A stretch of 44,190 nucleotides of DNA. It comes from Thermodesulfovibrionales bacterium. Its GTDB lineage: Bacteria; Nitrospirota; Thermodesulfovibrionia; Thermodesulfovibrionales; UBA6898. Location: assembly GCA_044450345.1 (NCBI GenBank), contig JBIOIY010000019.1:1-44190 (forward strand), written 5' to 3'. Position 1 is the first letter of the stretch; the number at the start of each line of letters is the position of its first letter. The position numbers and the translations under genes are program-made. The notes under the pieces are model-generated. The model searched no databases. It was not told where the DNA came from and saw only the letters and a list, made by a program, of their open reading frames with translations. Of this stretch, positions 9,193-19,313 are shown piece after piece.

Positions 9193-9549
9193 CTAGTAAA
9201 TTTCGGAATCAGACTCCACCGCATCAGATCTGTGCTTGATTATTAACGCAGTTGATGCCTGTATTTTCCGCTGAAACGCCCAGCCTTCTTCAATCGATAG
9301 TATCCGCTTTACTCCCACGCCCTTAACCCTGCTAAGTTCGCGAGGTGCCTTTTGTATGATTTGCACCGTCGTAATTCCGAATTCATTCACAACTCTTTTG
9401 GCGATGGTTGGTCCTATCCCCTCAAAAATGCACGACGCTAAATACCTTTGAACTGCTGAAATAGTCTTTTTTTCAAGAATATCGATTGATGTTTCATCGT
9501 TTTTCCCATTCATAGTGGCCTCCTCAAGAAATTTCTCCGGCTTCAACAT
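9193..9549 (-). CDS. Stand-alone helix-hairpin-helix protein (RecD2 N-terminal HhH-like)
   Basis: RYLAS..FEGIGPTIAKRVV..FG ... LSRVKGVGVKR...I..GW; RBS AGGAGG. Confidence 0.8.
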   Translation of the reverse strand: MLKPEKFLEEATMNGKNDETSIDILEKKTISAVQRYLASCIFEGIGPTIAKRVVNEFGITTVQIIQKAPRELSRVKGVGVKRILSIEEGWAFQRKIQASTALIIKHRSDAVESDSEIY

Positions 9550-9932
9550 TTCAATCCTCCTTTTTGCGCCCTTTCATTATTGGTGCGCGGTCCAGTATCC
9601 ACACGAAATGTGTGGTTGTTTGTTCATATTCGTGATTTTCAGTTTTCCTTTCTTCTCGTAATACATTTCATTTCGGGAATCTCATGTACTCTTACCTATA
9701 CGCAGTTCATCCCATCGTCTACAAAATATCGCCACGATATCAGTAACTTATAGGTTTTTTCCGTCCCGTCCGGCTCTCTTTATGACGATTCCTGGCTGGT
9801 TTATAAAATTTATAGTTCTTTTCCAAAAACATCCTTTGCTTCTCGCAAATGAGTAAAGGGAGCCTGAAAAGGGACTCCATGAGAAGAATGCTGTAAAGTG
9901 TTGACAGCGGATTTAAAGGCTAGGCGTAAAGT

Positions 9933-10451
9933 ATGGATAGTATTAGAGGAGGGCGTTGCACTATATATAACCTGCCCGGATGGGAAAGCGCGTTGGAACA
10001 GTTGTTTTCGCATATTGTGAAGTCCTGTAAACTCAACTTGGCCATAGATGCAGAGGCACCCGATTCCGACAACGAGGAATTCGAACTGGTCAGCTCTCTG
10101 GAAGGCTCCTTCAGCCGCGGGGAGCCTGCAAAAGTAAAAGCATTGCTCGTTGAGACTTCAGGAAACAACGCTGGACTAATAGAAATCAGGTTTATTGGCG
10201 GCAATCCTGAAGACGTAGAGGTCTTTGTAGAGATGCTTCATGATGTGGATGTTGCCGACGTGCATACCTTGATCGAATTTAAAACCATTGTTGTGCCGAG
10301 AACAATCAACGATGAGACATGGACAAAAAAAGAGGTCGCAGAATTCCTTGAGGAACTCAGGGAGGATCTGGAGTTCGATTACAGTAAAGTAGTTCTTCGG
10401 CCTAAAATCGAGAAAGGCGTCTTAAAAGTCGGTTGTACTTTGAAAGACTAG
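9933..10451 (+). CDS. Hypothetical acidic protein
   Basis: 172-aa ORF with natural-looking composition; no motif recognised. Confidence 0.6.
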   Translation: MDSIRGGRCTIYNLPGWESALEQLFSHIVKSCKLNLAIDAEAPDSDNEEFELVSSLEGSFSRGEPAKVKALLVETSGNNAGLIEIRFIGGNPEDVEVFVEMLHDVDVADVHTLIEFKTIVVPRTINDETWTKKEVAEFLEELREDLEFDYSKVVLRPKIEKGVLKVGCTLKD

Positions 10452-11086
10452 GGAAAAAGCATCACAAGCCGAGCATTACCTTCTACGGTGGCTTCTTTGT
10501 GCAATACGAAAGCCAATTCATACCTCATCGCGCCATGATTCACGATAGAAGTATCAGATTTATGTCGCCGAGAAAAAGGTTGGCTTGTGGCTGCAAGTGA
10601 CATTTTGATTTCCGACTGGGCGGCCTTCTGGCCGATGAGAGCTTGGACGTGTCCTTCACCTGATACTCCTCGTCGCTGACATTTAACCAGAGGTGTTAAT
10701 TTCCAAAAGAATATGTTACAAGTAGATTGCGGTGTACGACCCATAGTCTTCATTGCCATTTAACCTACGAAGCGTTGACTTCAGCCACTAAGTCGCGCCC
10801 TTGAGGGCGACCAAATATTAATGTTTCCGAGTTGAAAGGTTCATCCCCTATCGTCGTTCTTCTCACTCCCTTATCTACCATTTTGTCGGCATGATACGGG
10901 CGAAACTTATCGGGTGGCTCGGTTTATCTGAATGACTATCAGTCCTCGCGATGTCTTCCCGCACCTGATATGTGGCACAAATGGTCAACCATGCCTGATT
11001 CTCATGAAATTAAATGTCCAGCAGACTGTGTGCGAGTGAGATGTCCCCTACTACTCCTCAGAATTGAGAAATCGGAGCTGACGCTT

Positions 11087-13446
11087 CTACTGGTCCAGTG
11101 CGGCCCTCACCTTCCTGATCAGGTCACTTGGTGTCAAAGGCTTCTGGATAAAAACTGTATTCTTCTCAGTTAAGCCCCCGGAAGGAAAAATATCCTCAGC
11201 ATAGCCGCTCATAAAAATAGCCTTCATGTCCGGGCAAAACTTGAGTATATCGTCATAGGCCTCCTTGCCGTTCTTATTAGGCATTATTCCGTCAAGTATG
11301 ACCAATTTTATATCGTCCTTGTACACTTCGAATTTCCGGACAGCATCTTCTCCGTCAGCAGCCTCGATCACCTTGTAGCCATGGTGACTCAGCACTGCTT
11401 TTAACAGCGCTCTAAGGGAATCATCATCCTCTGCTATCAATATCGTCTCCGTTCCGCCTCTGATGAGCAGATCATCAGGTTTACTTTCTGCTTCCTCCTC
11501 CGCCTGCTCAGTTAGCGGCAGGTAAATCTTGAAGCTCGTCCCCTTTCCCACTTCACTATACACATTGATATAACCATTATGCTGTTTCACTATTCCATGT
11601 ACAACAGCAAGCCCGAGGCCCGTCCCTTTGCCGCTCTCCTTCGTGGTGAAGAACGGCTCGAATATATGTGATCTGGTCTTAGCGTCCATACCACAGCCGG
11701 TATCTGAAATCGTCAGGACGGCATATTCTCCCGGACTGCCGTAGCCATGCATTTCGATATACTCTCTGTCCATTACAAAGGCCTCCATCGCGATGCTAAG
11801 TCTGCCGCCGCTAGGCATGGCGTCGCGCGCGTTTGCAACGAGATTTATCAGTATCTGGCTTATCTGGTTTATATCTGCAAAAATCACCAGGTTTTTATTG
11901 GCGAGATTATATTGAATGTCGATGTCCTCCCTCACAAGCCTGTGTAACATCTTCTCAAGACCCATGACTATCTCATGCAGATTGACAGGCCTCATGTTGA
12001 GCACCTGTTTTCTGCTGAATGCAAGAATCTGCTGAGTCATCGCCGCGCCGCGCAAACCTGCCGCCATAATTTGATTGGCATAGTGAGCAAGGGGATCGGA
12101 CCTATCCATCTTCATCTGAAGCAGCCCGGCAAAGCCGACAATCGCGCTTAAAACATTGTTAAAGTCATGAGCTATACCGCCGGCAAGTTGTCCTATTCCT
12201 TCGAGTTTCTGAGACTGCCGGAGATGCTCTTCAAGTTTGCGGTGTTCTGTGATATCCCTCATGATATGCACACTACCTACCAGCCGTCCCGTTTCGTCAT
12301 AAACAGGCGTTGTCCTCACTTCAAATAAGCTGCCATCGCGCGTGTCGCTGAACTCACTCCCTTCTTCCTTGCCACTTCTCAGTAATCTTGAATGAGGACA
12401 GTAATCAGGCGGCGCTGAGGTGCCATGGACAACCTCATAGCAGCGACGACCCACTAACTGCTCAGGAGTAGACCCAAAGCGCGCAGCCATCGCCTTGTTT
12501 ACACGTTTGATGCGGTGTTTCACATCCAACAGAGCAATGAGATCAGAAACGGAATCGAAGGTTCGTTTCCATTCTTCGTTAGCGCTCACGATCTCTTTCT
12601 CCTGCCGTTTGCGTTCAGTGATATCAAGGATGGAGCCGTCCAGAATCCCTTCTTCGGGATAAAGATTCAACGACGTAAGACAATCCCGCACTCCGCGCTT
12701 TCCGTTGATCAGCTGAAACTCGAAATCAACAACTCGACCCTCGGCTTTGAGCATACGAATCATCTCCTCGCGTCGGCGGGGATCAATCTAAAAAATCACC
12801 GATGGTTTGCCGATCACCTCGTCACGGGTCCGACCAACGAGTTCGAGGAACTTTTCGTTGACATTTAGCATTTCGGATCCATCAATTCTTGTTCTAAACA
12901 TGGCAATCTCCGAATTATTGAAGAGGTTATGGAATGCCCGCTCGCTCTCCAGTAACGCCTCTTCAGCCTTTCTCATTTCGGAAATATCACGCACTATTGC
13001 GATTGAAAGATTCGACCCGGGCGGGCCCAACAGAGCTAAACGTATGTCTACAGGAAATACGGTGCCATTCTTCCTCCGGTGCATCCCCTGAACATTTGAA
13101 GTTACTCCGAAACTTATGTTAGCGTGCACAGCCTGGACTTCATCGGCACTTAGTTCAACTTCGATGTCGGTTGTCAATAACTGCAGGAGCTCTTCCCGGC
13201 TATAGCCAAGAGCAAGAGAAGCCTGCCGGTTGCAGTCCACGATTCTATTGTCTGCGAGGTTGACGATGAATATAGCGTCGCCCGCACAGTCAATCAAATT
13301 TCTGAAGTAGCTCTCATTTTTTGCAGTGCCTCCGACGCATTTTCGCACTCCTTGTCTTGCTTCATGTTTCGCAATGCAGCATTTTCCATCCCTCGTTCAG
13401 ACAATTCTCCTATAAGCTCTTCTTTTGTTTTGTCGTTATGATTCAT
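11087..13446 (-). pseudogene. Multi-PAS hybrid histidine kinase/response regulator, disrupted by a frameshift and a nonsense codon
   Basis: N-terminus MNHNDKTKEELIGEL (ATG 13446) shifts frame at the homopolymer 13317-13322; in-frame TAG at 12788-12790 (VIF*IDPRRREEM); HisKA AHDFNN, HATPase GTGLGL and REC domain are intact in 11087-12763. Confidence 0.85.
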
Positions 13447-13804
13447 GGCACTCTCAGAATTAAGTCTATGTTAAATGCTATCATGCCTCACAGCTGGACA
13501 CAAGAATAGGTTTAATTGAGGCAGTTTCCCCTCACGTGCGGCGTTGAATGCAGATTAGAAATAGGATGGGTCCAATTTTATACTCCGCGTTTAGTCGAAC
13601 GGAAGTCCTGGCGTGAAGCAAAAATCTTCCCGTTTGGTGTACTACATGGACTCCGCAAAGTACATCTCAGCGTAGGCATGCCTGTTTGAAGCGAAAATCT
13701 TGTGTCAGCTAAAAAACGGACGGGGAGGGGAGGTGCAGTCAAGATCGAAGGTTGCTTTGCGCACGGTTCGGGGACCGTGCATACTCCAGGGTAAAATAAT
13801 ATTA

Positions 13805-13970
13805 ACAGGGAGGAAGCCGACAAGGGTATTAGCCCTCGTTGCTTTTTTTTCGGAACGTTACATTTTTGAGTGTTTCTTCAGGTTGCTCTTGCAGCCACAA
13901 CATCGCACTTGCCGGACAGCTATAAGACTCACAGTTAAGGGTTGAAAGAAACGCTTCCAAAATATTTGTT
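13805..13970. repeat. Dispersed intergenic repeat, copy 2
   Basis: Same block order as 284-450; identical 25-mer at 13883-13907. Confidence 0.85.
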
Positions 13971-13992
13971 ATACCTGCTAATGCTCGATATC

Positions 13993-14991
13993 CTAATCCA
14001 TACGGGACAGTTCAACGAGAGAAAACCAGCCTTGCGGATCCGAATACCACATGTCAATCCTCAACCCAGCCTCTTCCGCCATGGCTTCTGCCGATTCCCT
14101 GCTGAACTTTCTGCAGATCTCGGTATGTATCGTCTCACCTTTTTTCATTGTGACCGACACGCCGAGTCCATTAATTTCGATCGAGACGCTACGTTTTGCC
14201 AGAAGATGCATTTCGACCCGCTCCTTATCGGCATTGTAAAACGCGACGTGATCGAAATGGGAGGTGTCGAAATCTGCGTTCAGTTCTCTGTTCACCACAT
14301 TCAGGACGTTCTTGTTGAATTCCGCTGTGACCCCCCTGCTGTCGTTATAGGCCCGCTCAAGCACCTTCGCCGGCTTTATCATGTCGATGCCGAGGAGAAA
14401 CCGATCGCCGGTACCCATTATTCCAGCCACACGTTTCAGAAGGTCAATTCTCGCTTCATCTCCAAAGTTTCCGATTGTACTTCCAAAAAATACAAATAGT
14501 TTCTCCCGTCCTAACGGTATCTTCTCAATATGCTTTGTGAAATCGGCGACCATGCCGACTATCTTCAATTCGGGATAGACATTCACCAATTCAACCGACG
14601 ACTCCACCAACGCCGATTCACTCACATCAACAGGTACATAACAGATGTCTGCCTGACGGGCCGTGAAGCATGCGTCGAGGAGCGTCCTGATCTTTAGATT
14701 GGAACCCGATCCGAATTCGACGATATCGGCCTCGCGAAAGTTCCGTACAATACGCGCCACAGAACTCTTCAGTATGGACAATTCCGTGCGTGTCTGGTAA
14801 TACTCGGGCAGGTCGCAGATCGTCTCGAAGAGTTGAGAGCCATAGGCGTCATAGAAGTATTTGCTTGGGATGGACTTCTGAGAGGAAGCCAGACCCCGCA
14901 AGATGTCTCTCCTTAGGTCGCTATGGAACGTATCTCTCATATAGTTCATGATTTCGATGCGATCCGAAGCAAGGGCGCTATACATAAGCAA
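13993..14991 (-). CDS. egtD: L-histidine N-alpha-trimethyltransferase (hercynine synthase)
   Basis: KSIPSKYFYD..GSQLFE.I..LPEYYQTRTE, EFGSGS..K, GSTIGNF, AYNDSRGVTAEFN, IHTEICRKF. Confidence 0.93.
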   Translation of the reverse strand: MLMYSALASDRIEIMNYMRDTFHSDLRRDILRGLASSQKSIPSKYFYDAYGSQLFETICDLPEYYQTRTELSILKSSVARIVRNFREADIVEFGSGSNLKIRTLLDACFTARQADICYVPVDVSESALVESSVELVNVYPELKIVGMVADFTKHIEKIPLGREKLFVFFGSTIGNFGDEARIDLLKRVAGIMGTGDRFLLGIDMIKPAKVLERAYNDSRGVTAEFNKNVLNVVNRELNADFDTSHFDHVAFYNADKERVEMHLLAKRSVSIEINGLGVSVTMKKGETIHTEICRKFSRESAEAMAEEAGLRIDMWYSDPQGWFSLVELSRMD

Positions 14992-15000
14992 GGACCTCCT

Positions 15001-18000
15001 TTATCTGCAAGGCACAAACCTCACGATGTTTCTCGAACTCTTGATAATTTCGCCGAGCGCAGATACCGTCAGTTCTATATCGTTGACGGTGCTGCCGGAT
15101 CCCAGGGATATCCTCACGGAACAGTGCGCCTCTTCCTCGGACAATCCCAGGGCAAGAAGTACATGTGAGGGGTTCGGAGAGCCGCTCTTGCACGCAGAAC
15201 CCGAGGAAACCCGCACCCCATAGCGATCTAGGGCGAGTACGATCGACTCACCCCGAAGCCCCGGAAGGACAACGTTTAAGGTGTTTGGAAGCCTCTCTGT
15301 CGGGTGGCCGTTAACTTTCATATCAGGAACAAGCCCCTTAAGGGCTGACTCAAGCGAATCCCTGAGCGCGCGGACGCGCGCCATTTTTGAAAGCCACTCC
15401 GACATGAGCTCAGCGGCGTGGCCGAAGCCCGCAATGCCCAAGACGTTTTCTGTACCCGAGCGCATACCTAACTCCTGTCCACCGCCGTGCACGAGGCTCT
15501 CGAGCTCGACGCCTTTTGCCGTATAAAGTGCGCCAACGCCTTTTGGGCCATGGAGTTTGTGCGCCGATATGCTCAGCATATCGACACCGAGTTCGGCCAC
15601 ATTCACGGGGACTTTGCCGAACGCCTGCACGGCGTCCGTATGCATGAGTATCCCGACCTCGTGCGCCACGCGGGCAAGCTCTGCAATTGGCTCGATCGTG
15701 CCGGTTTCGTTATTGGCAAGCATCACGCTTATAAGGACCGTGTCGGACGTGAGCGCTTTCCTGGCATCGTCTGGGTCTACCATGCCCTTTGAATCCACCG
15801 ACAGATAAGTTACCTTCGCCCCCAGGCGTTCAAGCCATTTAAGGGGCTCAAGCACCGAGGGGTGCTCTATCGCAGAGGTTATCACATGTGCTCTTTCCGG
15901 TCCTTTTCTAAATACCACTCCCTTTATGGCTAGGTTGTTGGCCTCCGAGCCGCTGCCGGTGAAGGTTATCCTCCTTGCGGTAATGCCGAGGGCCGCGGCT
16001 ACCTTGCGGCGCGCCCCCTCCAGGATTTCTTTTGCCTGGTTGCCGGTTTTATGGATGCTTGATGGGTTTCCGTAGCTGGCCGCGATTTCATAGGTGAAAG
16101 TGGCCACCTCGGTGGCAAGTGCGGTTGTGGCGTTGTTGTCGAGGTAGACCTCGCACGTGGATGCGCCCGTTTCTTTTTCGGCGCCCAGGGTTTCTTCCTT
16201 TTCCCTTACGCTTATGGGCTCGCTTCCGTCACGGGCGGGCTCGATTTCGCAAAGAAGGCACTTATAGACTGGAAAACCGGAGATGGGGTCAAACTGCTCA
16301 AGATCCGTGAGACGGTTTACGTTTGCCTCCCGCCATTCATGCGGGCCGAGGGGGCCGCCGCCAGCGTGGTTTGCGTCCACTGCGCCGCGCATGATGTTGT
16401 CGGTTACCTTTGCCCTCATCAGCACGCTTCCCCGCGGGGTCATTATCCTCACCCTGTCGCCATTCTTTATACCGCGCACCTCCGCATCCTCAGTATTCAT
16501 GAGCACACCCGGCTCGGGCCTTTCTTCATTTAAAATCTTTGTGCCGATGTGCTGGGTGTGAAAGCTGTTTTGCGAACGGCTTCCGGAATTGAAGACAAGC
16601 GGGAATGTTTCAAAGAGATCCGGCCTGCTAAGGGGGCCCTCGGCCGGCTCGGTATAAACGGGAAGGGGATCGTAGCCGTATTCCTCAAGCACGTTTGAGT
16701 GAATTTCGAACTTCCCCGTGGGCGTGTCGAATCCCGGCCTTCCGTCAGCCCTGAGGAGGCCTTTTTCCCACTTCCTATATTCCATCATCCTTGTTGGCAC
16801 GCTTACCGTACCCCCGGCCTCCATCACCTGCTCATAGGTAAAGCCTGATCCATCAAGAACGTGTCTCAGAAGCGCCTCGCCCTCCTGTGGGTAGAGGTGG
16901 CCGTAGCCGAGCCTTTGGGCAAGCTCGGTCATGATGCGATAATCCGGCCTCGACTGGCCAAGCGGCTCTATGAGCGGCTCACGAATTTTAAAGAGAGGGC
17001 CGTACACCATGTAGCTCCTCCCTTCAAAGAATGTCGAGGCCGGCAGCACGATGTCTGCAAAGGCGGCGTCCGCGGTAAACTGCCTGTCTATGGTCACAAG
17101 GAACTCAAGTTCCGACAGCGTCTTTTTCCATATCTCCGGCTGCGGCCAGGAGGTGATGATGGACGCACCCTGTATTATGAGTGAGCGGATCTTGTAGGGC
17201 TTCCCCTCAAGCACCGATTGCGGAAGCGCAACGGCATGGGCCTCGTCGCGGTATTTTATGTAGAGGGGAAAGCGGTCCCGGCCAAGCCGTGGTCCGGTGT
17301 CCGGGTTTGCGACATGTCCGCTTCGGTTTATGGGGAAGGAGTTCCCCGGCATGCTAAAACACCTGCCTCCCGGGACGTCAAGCTGTCCCGAAAGGGCCCA
17401 GAGCACCAGGGACGCCCTTATAGACTGGACCCCGCTTCTGCTGTACTCGAGTCCTGTGTACATGAGCTGGGATGCGCCCTTGGCGCCGGCAAGCCTCCTT
17501 GCAAGCGAGACCACCTTTTCGGCGGGCACGCCTGTGATCTGCTCGACTGTTTCGGGCCTGAAGTGCTGCACATAGCGGGAGAAGTCGTCAAAGCCGTGCG
17601 CCCAGTCACGGACGAACCTCTCGTCATAAAGCTCCTCTTCTATAAGAACGTTACACAATCCCAGTGCCAGTGCGCCGTCCGTGCCGTGTCTGATGGGTAT
17701 CCAGTCCGAACGCGGAAACCTCGCGGCCTGTGTCCTCCTAGGATCTATAACCACAATTGACGCGCCGCGGGCGTGGGCCTCGGAGATGCGCCTCATCTCT
17801 ATGGGCGGCTGGTCCGTGGCCGGGTTTGTGCCCCATACTACGATCAGGTCCGAGTTTTCAATGTCGTTGAACATGTCAATGAGCATCTTCCCCGTGGTAA
17901 GGTGAGGGGCGATCATGCCGTAGGACACGTAGCAAAGCGCGCCGACACCCATTGTGTTGGGGGAGCCAAAGGGAAAGAGCACACTTGAGGCCGATGATAC

Positions 18001-18384
18001 GGCCACGCCCCTGGGTTGAAATATGTCGCAAAGGGAAAGCTCAAACGTGCCCACCCCGGTGTATATCGCTACGGCCTCGGGGCCGTACTCACGCTTTATG
18101 GCGTTCAGTCTTTCCCTAATCTCTGTATATGCCTCATCCCAGCTGATGGGCACAAACTCGTATGTCCCCTTAGGGCCTTTTCTTCTTAGGGGGGTAAGCA
18201 GGCGGTTTTCAGAATAGACAATCTCTGGCGCATGTTCTCCCAATCGGCAGAGCATGCCCATCGGCGACCCCTCGTCGGGCCTGAGGCGGCTTATGCGACC
18301 CTGACTGTCGAACTCCACCACAACCCAACAGCCCGACGGGCAGATTCCGCAGATGCCCCGTTTCTCTTTTTGCTGAACTTTCAT
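15001..18384 (-). CDS. Molybdo/tungstopterin oxidoreductase fused to IscS-type cysteine desulfurase; metallopterin-dependent ergothioneine synthase (MES)-like
   Basis: CGICPSGC...LC 4Fe-4S motif, bis-MGD motifs (WGTNP, IDPRRT, ADIVLPA), then YLDNNATT, HTDAVQ, SAHK, RSGTEN, SSGSAC; directly upstream of egtD. Confidence 0.85.
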   Translation of the reverse strand: MKVQQKEKRGICGICPSGCWVVVEFDSQGRISRLRPDEGSPMGMLCRLGEHAPEIVYSENRLLTPLRRKGPKGTYEFVPISWDEAYTEIRERLNAIKREYGPEAVAIYTGVGTFELSLCDIFQPRGVAVSSASSVLFPFGSPNTMGVGALCYVSYGMIAPHLTTGKMLIDMFNDIENSDLIVVWGTNPATDQPPIEMRRISEAHARGASIVVIDPRRTQAARFPRSDWIPIRHGTDGALALGLCNVLIEEELYDERFVRDWAHGFDDFSRYVQHFRPETVEQITGVPAEKVVSLARRLAGAKGASQLMYTGLEYSRSGVQSIRASLVLWALSGQLDVPGGRCFSMPGNSFPINRSGHVANPDTGPRLGRDRFPLYIKYRDEAHAVALPQSVLEGKPYKIRSLIIQGASIITSWPQPEIWKKTLSELEFLVTIDRQFTADAAFADIVLPASTFFEGRSYMVYGPLFKIREPLIEPLGQSRPDYRIMTELAQRLGYGHLYPQEGEALLRHVLDGSGFTYEQVMEAGGTVSVPTRMMEYRKWEKGLLRADGRPGFDTPTGKFEIHSNVLEEYGYDPLPVYTEPAEGPLSRPDLFETFPLVFNSGSRSQNSFHTQHIGTKILNEERPEPGVLMNTEDAEVRGIKNGDRVRIMTPRGSVLMRAKVTDNIMRGAVDANHAGGGPLGPHEWREANVNRLTDLEQFDPISGFPVYKCLLCEIEPARDGSEPISVREKEETLGAEKETGASTCEVYLDNNATTALATEVATFTYEIAASYGNPSSIHKTGNQAKEILEGARRKVAAALGITARRITFTGSGSEANNLAIKGVVFRKGPERAHVITSAIEHPSVLEPLKWLERLGAKVTYLSVDSKGMVDPDDARKALTSDTVLISVMLANNETGTIEPIAELARVAHEVGILMHTDAVQAFGKVPVNVAELGVDMLSISAHKLHGPKGVGALYTAKGVELESLVHGGGQELGMRSGTENVLGIAGFGHAAELMSEWLSKMARVRALRDSLESALKGLVPDMKVNGHPTERLPNTLNVVLPGLRGESIVLALDRYGVRVSSGSACKSGSPNPSHVLLALGLSEEEAHCSVRISLGSGSTVNDIELTVSALGEIIKSSRNIVRFVPCR

Positions 18385-18560
18385 CTAAGCACCTCGTCCC
18401 ACTTTTCGGAACAATTAATAATTTCACTTTATCACGATTGATGACCTGTGTGAACACATCTTCCGAAATTATTGGGGCCGCTCATAAAATCTCACATCTG
18501 TATTTTCCTGGTTTATGTGATATGCTTTTTTCGGGAGGCTGCTGCGGCGGATAAAGCGCT

Positions 18561-19313
18561 TTGATAGAACTAATAGGAGTATCGAAGACCTACGAGAACA
18601 CGCGGGCGCTTTATACACTCGACCTTACTATACAGGCCGGCAAGACGACGGCGCTTATCGGTCCAAGCGGATGCGGAAAATCAACCCTCCTTCGTCTGAT
18701 CATTGGACTGGTTCAACCCGATGGCGGCTTTATCCGGTTCAAAGACATCCCGATAACGCCGGAAACTGTATTGTCGCTTCGCCGCAAGATGGGCTATGTC
18801 ATTCAGGAAGGCGGCCTTTTCCCTCACCTTACGGCATATGACAATATCACCTTGATGGCCCGCTATCTGGGGTGGAATTCAGACAAGATCAGAGAACGAG
18901 TCGCAGAGCTTACCGAGCTTTCCCGCTTCCCCTTTGGCGGCCTTACCCGTTATCCGCTTCAGCTCTCAGGGGGACAACGACAGCGCGTCAGCCTCATGCG
19001 TTCCCTGATGCTTGATCCGGAGGTGCTTCTGATGGACGAGCCACTCGGCGCACTCGATCCGATGATCCGGGCCGATCTACAAGAAGATCTGAAAAGGATC
19101 TTCCGGACTTTGAAAAAGACCGTTGTCCTCGTGACGCATGACATGGGCGAAGCGGGATTTTTCGGTGACACAATCATCTTGCTCCGTGACGGGAGGATAG
19201 TGCAATCCGGAAGACTAACCGAATTGCTAACTTCGCCGGCCGATCCCTTTGTCACGCAGTTCATAAATGCACAGCGCAGTCCCCTCGACGCACTCGGGAG
19301 AGATTCCTTATGA
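18561..19313 (+). CDS. ABC transporter ATPase, betaine/ergothioneine (OpuBA/EgtV-like) type
   Basis: GPSGCGKST, GYVIQEGGLFPHLT, LSGGQRQRV, LLMDEPLGALD; TTG start. Confidence 0.9.
   Translation: MIELIGVSKTYENTRALYTLDLTIQAGKTTALIGPSGCGKSTLLRLIIGLVQPDGGFIRFKDIPITPETVLSLRRKMGYVIQEGGLFPHLTAYDNITLMARYLGWNSDKIRERVAELTELSRFPFGGLTRYPLQLSGGQRQRVSLMRSLMLDPEVLLMDEPLGALDPMIRADLQEDLKRIFRTLKKTVVLVTHDMGEAGFFGDTIILLRDGRIVQSGRLTELLTSPADPFVTQFINAQRSPLDALGRDSL

Noticed and set aside
15001..16150. Housekeeping iscS
   Set aside because: It is the C-terminal domain of the molybdopterin fusion; no isc genes nearby
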